Assembly (NCBI GenBank): GCA_020445405.1
Contig: JAGRGQ010000004.1
Span: forward strand, 55,354 to 119,353
Length of the DNA: 64,000 bases
Direction: 5' to 3'
Origin: Gammaproteobacteria bacterium
Lineage (GTDB): Bacteria > Pseudomonadota > Gammaproteobacteria > Chromatiales > Chromatiaceae
Under the pieces are notes generated by a model. It made no database searches and had not been told where the DNA came from. It worked only from the letters and a program-made list of their open reading frames with translations. The position numbers and the translations under genes were made by a program. How positions within the stretch are numbered: the first letter of the stretch is position 1; the number at the start of each line of letters is the position of its first letter. Of the stretch, positions 10,614 to 18,179 are shown in pieces.

Positions 10614-11080
10614 GCGGCAAGAAGAAAAAGGCCGAAGTCCGCGGTGTGCTGCTGCCGTTGCATTCCGGACACCTGCTGATTCCAAATATGCTGATGCCCG
10701 AGGTTATAGGCTACCGTGAGCCGGATGAAATTCCCAGGGGCTCACCGGACTGGTTGCTCGGCGTTGTGTTGTGGCGGCATTTTCCGGTGCCCGTTGTCTC
10801 TTTCGACGCATTGCTTGGAGCGCCTGAACAGGAGGTCGGGCACCGGGCCAGAATCGCGTTATGCAAGACAATCAGCGAGGCGTCCACCCGGCCCTATACC
10901 GCATTCCTGCTGCAATCCATTCCCCGGCTGGTAAGCGTGACCGAAAAATCAATAGCGGCAATTCAAGACGATAACGAAAAGATCCCCATGATCGCCCATC
11001 ATGTTAAGATCAACGATCAGGAGGCCTGGATACCGGATCTGGATACTCTGGAGCAGTCACTGGAGAAGATTCTGGGCTAG
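10610..11080 (+). CDS. chpC: CheW-like protein (ChpC-like)
   Basis: 156 aa. ATGA overlap with the chpA stop. Single CheW-like domain pattern (LLIPNMLMPEVIGY...DWLLGVVLWRHFPVPVVSFDALLG). Its position after chpA matches Pseudomonas. Confidence 0.65.
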   Translation: MSGKKKKAEVRGVLLPLHSGHLLIPNMLMPEVIGYREPDEIPRGSPDWLLGVVLWRHFPVPVVSFDALLGAPEQEVGHRARIALCKTISEASTRPYTAFLLQSIPRLVSVTEKSIAAIQDDNEKIPMIAHHVKINDQEAWIPDLDTLEQSLEKILG

Positions 11081-11102
11081 TTTATACGGGGCGAGAGCCC
11101 GG

Positions 11103-11843
11103 TTACCCACGAAAATCACCCCATAGCATCTGAATTGCTGAGATTGCGGCCAGCGGCGCCGTTTCGGTGCGCAGCACTCGGGGACCCAGACGGATGCTTT
11201 CGAAACCGGCCGTTTTTGCCCGATTGCGCTCTTCCTGAGAGAGGCCGCCTTCGGGACCGATCAGCAGTTTGATGCTTGCGCCGGTGTACGCAAGCTGGTC
11301 CAGGGTGGTGTCGGAGCGGTGGTCCAACAGTATACCGATCCCGTCCATGGCCTTGCTCGTCAACAGCCAATCGCTTAGGGAGAGGATATCGCCGACATCG
11401 GGTAGCCGGCGCCGTCCGGATTGTTCGCAGGCGGCGATCGAGATCCGCTTCCAATGCTGCAGTCGGTTGTCCATGCGTTTCGCAGAGAGTCGGACAACAG
11501 AGTGTTCGGTCAGCAGCGGAGTGAAGCCGGTCACGCCGAGTTCGACCGATTTTTGCAGCGCGAAATCCATCCGCTCCCCTTTCGACAAGCCGAGTCCAAG
11601 GTTGATTTTCAGCACGGAGGGCGGCTCTTCATCCGAGCAGCCGGAAATTATCACCTGAGCGGTATTTCTTGTGCACTCAAGCAACTGCGCGGCATAGTCC
11701 CTGCCATCGCCATTGAACAGGATGACGGCGGCGCCGGGCTGCATGCGCAGCACCTGTACAAGGTGGCGCACCGCTTCCCTGTCGAGACCGAATTGAAGTC
11801 CGATCCGGAGCGGAAGCTGGGTGTAAATCCGTGGTGTTCGCAT
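11103..11843 (-). CDS. rsmE: 16S rRNA (uracil1498-N3)-methyltransferase
   Basis: 246 aa. The N-terminus MRTPRIYTQ...L...EAVRHLVQVLRMQPG..VILFNGDG and the C-terminal LLIGPEGGLSQEE...LGPRVLRTETA motif are typical of RsmE. Confidence 0.85.
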   Translation of the reverse strand: MRTPRIYTQLPLRIGLQFGLDREAVRHLVQVLRMQPGAAVILFNGDGRDYAAQLLECTRNTAQVIISGCSDEEPPSVLKINLGLGLSKGERMDFALQKSVELGVTGFTPLLTEHSVVRLSAKRMDNRLQHWKRISIAACEQSGRRRLPDVGDILSLSDWLLTSKAMDGIGILLDHRSDTTLDQLAYTGASIKLLIGPEGGLSQEERNRAKTAGFESIRLGPRVLRTETAPLAAISAIQMLWGDFRG

Positions 11844-12989
11844 TCAGCGGTTTCCCGGCAAAAATATACCTCTTGCTGTCGCGATCAGAAACTGCAGCAG
11901 CGCCACTCCAGCGAAGGCCCAGCTCCATTCTACTCGACTCAATGCAATTATACCGGCCAGCAGGAACAACAGCGCGCGCACCCCGCCGAGACTCTCCATG
12001 TGCCGCGCTAATTCAGCCGCTGCCCGTTGATTGTCCGGATAGAGCCAGAGTGGCAGCAGATGGGTTGCGGCCCCGGTGACGAGCGGAAACAGGAACGCCC
12101 AGACAAAAACCTGGATAGCCGCTGCCGCAGGAAGCGGAAAAAAAGTATGACTGACACCACCGGCAAGCATTAGCAAGCTGCCGCCAATCGATCCGGCCAG
12201 TGCCGGTGATGCCCCATGCAGCGTGAACAGTTTTCTCCGATGCGTTCGCAGCGGATGCGCAACCAGTGTTGCGACCGGCGGAATCCAGAGTATCGCTCCC
12301 AGCAGCGCCAACTCTTTGCTGACAGCACTCCCCGCTGCAATGAGCAGGGTACCCGAAACAAGCCATTTCCATTGACTGTGCAGCCAGGCGGCAGCGCTGT
12401 CATCCTGAAAACGTCCAACGGTCGGCAGCAGTACCCGGAGAGTGCCGAGCGCGGTCAAACCGACAAAGCCGAGGGTGTTCAGATGCAGGTGGACGCGCTT
12501 GAGCGGAATCCAGTACTGGGGCCAGGCCCGGCCGAACAGGATCGCGATCAGGCCCAGGCCCAACGCTGCCAGCGCAAGCCGGTACCATAGCAGTCCGGGG
12601 TGGGGGGTGCCTATAGTCTGTCTGCGTCGGCGCCATATCCAGCGGGAGAGCAGTATGGTTCCAAGCAGTGCGAAAACGGCTGAAACGGAATGGATAGAAT
12701 AGTTGAACTGCAGGCTGTAGAGCAGTATCAATCCTGCAGTGAGTGCCAGCAGCGGAGGTGCCAGGGCCGGATATCCAGGGGCTGCAGTGCGGGTCAGCAC
12801 CGGCGTGAACCAGGTCATCGCGCTGAAGATCAGCGGCATGATTCCCAGCGCAAATATGGCGTGTATCGGGATCGCACCCGACAGGAAGCTCAATTGGAAA
12901 GTGATCAGCCCGATTACAGATCCAAAAAGCGCAACACACAGCAGTGAAATCAGTAGGCGGGAATAGCGGGGTTTGGATAGCAGATTCAA
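11844..12989 (-). CDS. uncharacterised polytopic inner-membrane protein (~12 hydrophobic segments, recurring His motifs)
   Basis: 381 aa. The TTG start overlaps the metF stop (TTGA) and its TGA stop directly abuts the rsmE ATG. The sequence is strongly hydrophobic and segmented, with motifs HAIFALGIMPLIF, HLHLNTLGFVGLTALG and ATHLLPLW. It has only a loose resemblance to NnrS-type proteins, so no family is assigned. Confidence 0.6.
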   Translation of the reverse strand: MNLLSKPRYSRLLISLLCVALFGSVIGLITFQLSFLSGAIPIHAIFALGIMPLIFSAMTWFTPVLTRTAAPGYPALAPPLLALTAGLILLYSLQFNYSIHSVSAVFALLGTILLSRWIWRRRRQTIGTPHPGLLWYRLALAALGLGLIAILFGRAWPQYWIPLKRVHLHLNTLGFVGLTALGTLRVLLPTVGRFQDDSAAAWLHSQWKWLVSGTLLIAAGSAVSKELALLGAILWIPPVATLVAHPLRTHRRKLFTLHGASPALAGSIGGSLLMLAGGVSHTFFPLPAAAAIQVFVWAFLFPLVTGAATHLLPLWLYPDNQRAAAELARHMESLGGVRALLFLLAGIIALSRVEWSWAFAGVALLQFLIATARGIFLPGNR

Positions 12990-13858
12990 TTTTCCGAAAG
13001 TCGTAGACTGGTCCAGATCTGCTCAACCGCCTCGGATTGATTCATCGTGTAAAAGTGGAGACCGGGTGCTCCCTGCTCCAGCAGGCGTTGACACATTTCA
13101 GTCACGACATCGATACCGAAAGCCCTGATGCTCTTTGTATCATCACCGAACCCCTGCATTCTGCGGCGAATCCAGCGCGGTATCTCCGCGCCGCAGGCGT
13201 CGGAAAACCGGGCCAGCTGGGTGAAGTTCAATATCGGCATGATGCCCGGAACCACAGGGACATCCAAACCCATCGACTCGCAGTCATCGACGAAATGGAA
13301 ATAAGCATCGGCGGAGTAAAAATATTGGGTTATCGCTTCGTTTGCCCCTGCCTCGATTTTGCGCTTGAAGTTTTTCAGATCGGTGGCCGCGTCGGGTGCC
13401 TGAGGGTGAAACTCGGGATAGGCGGCTACCGCAATCCAGAATCTATCCCCGGTCTCCGTGCGAATGAACGCAACCAAGTCGTTGGCGTGGGGAAAATCAC
13501 CGACCTCCCCCATACCGGACGGCATGTCACCGCGCAGCGCCACGATACGGTCTATCCCATTGTCGATGTATCGGGTAAGAATGTGCTTGACCTGATCTCT
13601 GGACGAGCCAACGCAGGAGAGATGGGGGGCGGTGCCCACCCCCGCCTGGCGCAGCCAGTCGACAGTTTCGAATGTGCGCTCCTGGGTGGATCCGCCCGCA
13701 CCATAGGTGACCGAAAAATAGAGAGGATGTAGACGCTGCAGATTGGTGACGCACGCCTTGAGCTTCTCCATGCCGGTATCTGTCTTTGGTGGAAACAGTT
13801 CGAAGCTGAAGGTTCGCTGATATTTTTTCTGGGATTTCATTGCTGTTGCCGCAAACAT
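12986..13858 (-). CDS. metF: 5,10-methylenetetrahydrofolate reductase
   Basis: 290 aa. FSFELFPPKT...YFSVTYGAGGSTQERT...APHLSCVG...IVALRGD...AAYPEFHP...ITQYFY...PGIMPI are hallmark MetF segments. Confidence 0.92.
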   Translation of the reverse strand: MFAATAMKSQKKYQRTFSFELFPPKTDTGMEKLKACVTNLQRLHPLYFSVTYGAGGSTQERTFETVDWLRQAGVGTAPHLSCVGSSRDQVKHILTRYIDNGIDRIVALRGDMPSGMGEVGDFPHANDLVAFIRTETGDRFWIAVAAYPEFHPQAPDAATDLKNFKRKIEAGANEAITQYFYSADAYFHFVDDCESMGLDVPVVPGIMPILNFTQLARFSDACGAEIPRWIRRRMQGFGDDTKSIRAFGIDVVTEMCQRLLEQGAPGLHFYTMNQSEAVEQIWTSLRLSEN

Positions 13859-13934
13859 TGGGACTACCCGGAGGCAGCGGAAATTGATGGCGCGCTATAC
13901 CGTGCCCCGAGGCGAGTCTCTCTCTCTCCTGTCC

Positions 13935-15338
13935 CTAGTAGCGGTAATAATCGGGTTTGTAAGGACCATCTATACCCACGCCGATGTAATCCGCCTGCGC
14001 CTTTGTCAGTCTGGAAAGTTTGACTCCGATTTTTTCCAGATGCAGACGCGCAACCTCTTCGTCCAGCCTTTTCGGCAACGTGTAAACCTCCCTTTCATAC
14101 TTGTCGGGATTATTCCAGAGTTCGATCTGGGCGAGCGTCTGATTGGTAAACGAGTTGGACATGACGAAGCTGGGATGGCCGGTGGCGCAGCCCAGATTGA
14201 CCAGTCTGCCCTCGGCCAGGAGGATGATGCGCTTGCCGTCGGGAAAGATAATATGATCCACCTGCGGCTTGATGTTCTCCCACTGATACTCACTGAGGCT
14301 GGCGCAATCGATCTCGTTGTCGAAATGGCCGATATTGCAGACGATTGCCTGATCCTTCATTCTGGTCATGTGGTCATGATTGATCACATGGTAGTTGCCG
14401 GTTGCCGTAACGAAGATATTGGCCTGACTGCAGGCTTCGTCCATATCGACCACGCGGTAGCCCTCCATCGCCGCCTGCAGCGCGCAGATCGGATCGATCT
14501 CGGTTACCCAGACGGTTGCTCCGAGTCCTTTAAGGGATTGCGCGCAGCCTTTACCGACGTCGCCGTAGCCCAGGACCACGGCGATTTTCCCCGCGATCAT
14601 GACATCCGTCGCACGCTTGATGCCGTCCACCAGCGATTCCCGGCAGCCGTAGAGGTTGTCGAATTTCGATTTCGTGACCGAGTCGTTTACGTTAATCGCC
14701 GGGAAAGGCAGGTCGTTCTGCTCCTGCATCTGATAAAGGCGGTGGACGCCGGTGGTGGTCTCTTCGGTTACGCCGCGGATGTTCCCGAGAATATTGGAGT
14801 ACCAGCCGGGCCGTTCTGCCAGCCGGGTTTTGATCGCCGCGTACAGCACACGCTCCTCCTCACTGGTGGGATTGTCCAGCACGGAGATGTTCTTCTCCGC
14901 CTTGGATCCGAGGTGGATCAGCAGCGTGGCGTCGCCGCCGTCATCGAGTATCATGTTGGGCGTGCCGCCATCGGCCCACTCAAAAATTTTGTGGGTGAAG
15001 TTCCAGTACTGCTCAAGCGATTCGCCCTTGAAGGCGTAAACCGGGATACCTTCGGCGGCAATTGCCGCAGCTGCATGATCCTGGGTGGAGAATATGTTGC
15101 AGGAGGCCCAGCGCACTTCTGCGCCCAGAGCGGTGAGGGTTTCTATCAATGTCGCGGTCTGTATGGTCATGTGCAGGCTGCCCGCAATGCGCGCTCCCTT
15201 AAGCGGTTTCTGCTGGCCGTATTTCTCTCTCAATGCCATTAATCCCGGCATTTCTGTTTCGGCGATAGCCAACTCTTTGCGGCCCCATTCGGCCAGGGCA
15301 AGGTCGGCAACATGAAAGTCGCTGAAATTTTCATTCAT
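13935..15338 (-). CDS. ahcY: adenosylhomocysteinase
   Basis: Conserved SAH hydrolase sequence ([22 protein letters not shown]...[13 protein letters not shown]...HFDNEID...[18 protein letters not shown]). The start was moved to the ATG at 15338 ([10 protein letters not shown]), which is preceded by GGAGA. The track ORF extends 16 codons further upstream. Confidence 0.95.
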   Translation of the reverse strand: MNENFSDFHVADLALAEWGRKELAIAETEMPGLMALREKYGQQKPLKGARIAGSLHMTIQTATLIETLTALGAEVRWASCNIFSTQDHAAAAIAAEGIPVYAFKGESLEQYWNFTHKIFEWADGGTPNMILDDGGDATLLIHLGSKAEKNISVLDNPTSEEERVLYAAIKTRLAERPGWYSNILGNIRGVTEETTTGVHRLYQMQEQNDLPFPAINVNDSVTKSKFDNLYGCRESLVDGIKRATDVMIAGKIAVVLGYGDVGKGCAQSLKGLGATVWVTEIDPICALQAAMEGYRVVDMDEACSQANIFVTATGNYHVINHDHMTRMKDQAIVCNIGHFDNEIDCASLSEYQWENIKPQVDHIIFPDGKRIILLAEGRLVNLGCATGHPSFVMSNSFTNQTLAQIELWNNPDKYEREVYTLPKRLDEEVARLHLEKIGVKLSRLTKAQADYIGVGIDGPYKPDYYRY

Positions 15339-15357
15339 AATGTTCAGTCTCCGAAAA

Positions 15358-15432
15358 AACTGAGCGCGGTTGTTTGCAGATACCACTCGAGCCTGGCAGG
15401 GATGCCCCCTGTTGCAACGCTCCTCAAGCGGT
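15358..15432 (-). promoter_or_regulatory. SAH riboswitch (S-adenosylhomocysteine-sensing) in the ahcY leader
   Basis: The minus-strand RNA reads UUGAGGAGCGUUGCAACAGGGGGCAUCCCUGCCAGGCUCGAGUGGUAUCUGCAAACAACCGCGCUCAG. It contains the conserved GAGGAGCG..GC, CAGGCUCG and AAC.GCGCUCA blocks of the SAH element, about 20 nt upstream of the ahcY SD/ATG. Confidence 0.78.
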
Positions 15433-15522
15433 TGGTGATTTAAGTGTTTTGCTCAACAGGCAGCGCCGGTACCGGTGACGAATGTTGCCGTATATCGCGG
15501 ATAACCGTCTAATTTCCAAGGG

Positions 15523-16686
15523 TTAGAGGCCGGCCGCATCCCGCAGCAGTTCGGCTTTATCGGTTTTTTCCCAGCTGAAACTCTCTTCGGTACGTCCAAA
15601 ATGACCGTAGGCTGCGGTTTTCAGATAGATCGGTCTGAGCAGATCCAGCATTGTGATCAAACCTTTTGGGCGCAGGTCAAAATGCTCGCGGATAAGCGCC
15701 ACCAACCTGGCATCATCCAGTCTACCGGTGCCGAATGTGTCGACGCTGATGGAAGTGGGTTCAGCCACCCCGATGGCATAGGAGACCTGGATTTCGCAGC
15801 GTTCGGCCAGTCCTGCCGCAATGATGTTTTTAGCCACATACCGGCTGGCGTAGGCAGCTGACCGATCCACCTTGGAAGGATCTTTTCCGGAGAACGCGCC
15901 GCCGCCGTGCCGGGCCATGCCGCCATAGGTGTCGACTATGATCTTGCGGCCGGTAAGGCCGCAGTCGCCGACTGGACCGCCAATGACAAACCGTCCTGTC
16001 GGGTTGATATGGATGTGCTCCTGTTTGCATTGGTTGAGCCATTCCGCCGGCAGTACCGGTTTGATGATCTCATCCATCACCGCTTCATGCAGCGCCTTGT
16101 CAGAGATCTCCGGGTCATGTTGGGTGGAGAGGACCACCGCCTGGATGCCGACCGGTTTGTGATTCTTATAGCGGAATGTCAATTGGCTTTTTGCATCCGG
16201 ACGGAGCCAGGGCAGGGTTCCCGATTTACGCACCTCGGCCTGGCGTTCGACCAGCCGGTGGGCATAGGTGATCGGAGCCGGCATCAGAACGTCGGTTTCG
16301 TTGCATGCATAGCCAAACATCAACCCCTGGTCGCCGGCTCCCTGCTCGTGATCCGCGGTTTCATCCACTCCCATGGCAATGTCGCTGGACTGTTTGCCGA
16401 TGGCGGTAACCACCGCGCAGGTATTTGCATCGAATCCGACATCGCAGTGGTTATAACCGATGTCGTCGACCACCTTGCGTACCAGCGCTTCCATATCGAC
16501 CCAGGCATTGGTCGATATCTCACCTGCTATGACTACCATACCGGTTTTGACCAAAGTTTCGCAGGCTACCCGTGATCCTCTGTCCTCCGCAATCAATGCG
16601 TCCACCACTGCGTCGGAAATCTGGTCGGCAACTTTGTCCGGATGTCCCTCGGAAACGGATTCCGAAGTAAATAGATAGTCGCTCAT
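15523..16686 (-). CDS. metK: S-adenosylmethionine synthetase
   Basis: 387 aa. [27 protein letters not shown]..., [12 protein letters not shown] and [19 protein letters not shown] are canonical MetK motifs. Confidence 0.96.
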   Translation of the reverse strand: MSDYLFTSESVSEGHPDKVADQISDAVVDALIAEDRGSRVACETLVKTGMVVIAGEISTNAWVDMEALVRKVVDDIGYNHCDVGFDANTCAVVTAIGKQSSDIAMGVDETADHEQGAGDQGLMFGYACNETDVLMPAPITYAHRLVERQAEVRKSGTLPWLRPDAKSQLTFRYKNHKPVGIQAVVLSTQHDPEISDKALHEAVMDEIIKPVLPAEWLNQCKQEHIHINPTGRFVIGGPVGDCGLTGRKIIVDTYGGMARHGGGAFSGKDPSKVDRSAAYASRYVAKNIIAAGLAERCEIQVSYAIGVAEPTSISVDTFGTGRLDDARLVALIREHFDLRPKGLITMLDLLRPIYLKTAAYGHFGRTEESFSWEKTDKAELLRDAAGL

Positions 16687-16700
16687 AATCTTCTCTGTCC

Positions 16701-16742
16701 TTAAATAAAAAACCCGCCAGCTGGAGGGCTTAAGCGGGTTCG
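16701..16742 (-). terminator. intrinsic-terminator-like hairpin inside the metK 5' leader (candidate attenuator)
   Basis: The minus-strand RNA is GAACCCGC-UUAAGCCCUCCAGCUG-GCGGGUU followed by UUUUAUUU. It ends about 15 nt before the metK SD (AAGGACAGAGAAG) and ATG. There is no upstream same-strand gene for it to terminate. Confidence 0.5.
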
Positions 16743-16820
16743 AAAAAAACTGTGCGTTTTTTCGCTTTAGCCGGATTTATATAGCGCCCGCAATCTGACT
16801 CAAATCGGCGCTCGCCGGCA

Positions 16821-16850
16821 AACATAAGCGTTTTTTGGGTAGCTTGTCAA
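16821..16850 (-). promoter_or_regulatory. candidate sigma70 promoter of metK
   Basis: On the minus strand: TTGACA (16850..16845), an 18-nt spacer, then TATGTT (16826..16821). It lies about 135 nt upstream of the metK ATG. Confidence 0.35.
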
Positions 16851-17126
16851 CAGAATGGCGGCAGGGTTTCATGACTCTTTAAAGTGTGACTGCTGGCGAT
16901 GCAGCCGGCGCTGGCCAGTGAACAATCTGTCGTTCATATACGCTACACTAGTTTCTGTCCGGAAACTGCCTGTCCAACCGCATGGGTTGCGGAACGGTGC
17001 GGTGGGATAGGAATCAAGCTCAGGCTGAGCCCCGGAGGGGTGCTCCTTCAAGGAGATTTCCCGCGCCGCGCTTTGTTGTTACAGCCTGCGGACCGGATCT
17101 AAATTGACCGAGGGGGGATTGTGCTC

Positions 17127-17681
17127 ATGGTTTCTTTGGAAACACCTGTATGTGAATTTGGTCTTCCGGCCGAGGATTTCTCCCTGCCGGGAGTGGATGG
17201 CGCCGTTTGGACGCTGGAAAGGTGTCGTGGCGACAAAGGATTGCTGGTGATGTTTATCTGCAATCACTGTCCCTACGTGAAGGCGGTACTGGACCGGATA
17301 GTAAGGGACACGGCGGAGTTAAAAACGCTTGGCATCAACAGTGTTGCCATCATGTCCAACGATCCCAGCGACTATCCGGAGGATTCGTTTGAGAACATGG
17401 TGCGTATTGCCGATACCGCAGGCTTCTCCTTCCCGTATCTATACGACGAGTCACAGACGGTCGCCAAGCGCTATGGTGCGATCTGCACACCGGATTTTTT
17501 TGGCTACAATGCCGAGCTCAAGCTTCAGTACCGCGGCAGGCTGGATGCCAGTCGTAAAGAGACCGCGCCGGCAACGGCCAGACGAGATCTGTTCGAAGCC
17601 ATGAAACAGGTGGCTGAGACCGGAACAGGACCTGCCGACCAGGTACCCAGCATGGGCTGTTCAATCAAGTGGCGAGAATAG
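17127..17681 (+). CDS. thioredoxin-fold thiol-disulfide oxidoreductase (AhpC/TSA-like family)
   Basis: GLLVMFICNHCPYVKAV (CxxC-type motif), a thioredoxin-fold pattern, and PDFFGYN...YRGRLD. The ATG at 17127 has better spacing to the AGGGGGG SD than the track GTG at 17121. Confidence 0.8.
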   Translation: MVSLETPVCEFGLPAEDFSLPGVDGAVWTLERCRGDKGLLVMFICNHCPYVKAVLDRIVRDTAELKTLGINSVAIMSNDPSDYPEDSFENMVRIADTAGFSFPYLYDESQTVAKRYGAICTPDFFGYNAELKLQYRGRLDASRKETAPATARRDLFEAMKQVAETGTGPADQVPSMGCSIKWRE

Positions 17682-18179
17682 GAGTGGCCATCGGATAGCG
17701 CCATTGTGCACCGCATCATATTGACGCAGTTACGTTTTTCTTTGTGCCTGCATAAGTGCCTTTATGTTGCCCGAAAGATAATAATGGGTTAAATATATTC
17801 CACATCTCTGATGTATGAATTTTCTGAGGGGACGCGTCGTCGGGAAATCCCAGTTTAAGTGTCTGTATTTCAAGGTAAACACTGTGCCCCGGGAGTGTTT
17901 GCCTTGTTGCATATTAGGGGTGGCAACGCTTACAGAAGGCCTGATCGCGGATTTTAAGTATAATGATTTGCTTATGACGTCAATCAGAAACTTTTAATAT
18001 TCCTCATAACTTCATCTGGATATAGTGCCATCAGAAATCCGGTTATTACGGCCCGCCGCGATGCAGCTGAAGCCAGCCTGACCACAAATCCGAATGGGAG
18101 CATGTAGACTCATATTTTTCGGACTTCGGGCATCCGTATCGGGTAACTTCTTTCAACGATGCTATATAAGGAACGATTG

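Noticed and set aside
9225-10685. Very long antisense ORFs opposite known genes. They include 9225-10685 versus chpA, 13884-15242 versus ahcY, 18249-19583 versus tkt, 49994-50932 versus murG, 52858-53847 versus murB, 58007-59020 versus lpxC and 62519-63538 versus secA.
   Set aside because: Each lies entirely inside a confidently identified gene on the other strand. Their translations are low-complexity and Arg/His/Gln-rich with no recognisable motifs. Such shadow ORFs are expected in GC-rich coding DNA.
13917-13928. A (TC)6 dinucleotide tract between ahcY and metF was considered as a phase-variable simple-sequence repeat.
   Set aside because: It has only six units and lies in an intercistronic spacer, not in a promoter spacer or coding frame. 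There is no second copy and no associated contingency-gene context.
17730-17997. Two 60-aa ORFs in the tkt upstream spacer.
   Set aside because: They lie in AT-rich DNA, have no SD sequences and no motifs, and their codon usage is unlike the neighbouring genes.
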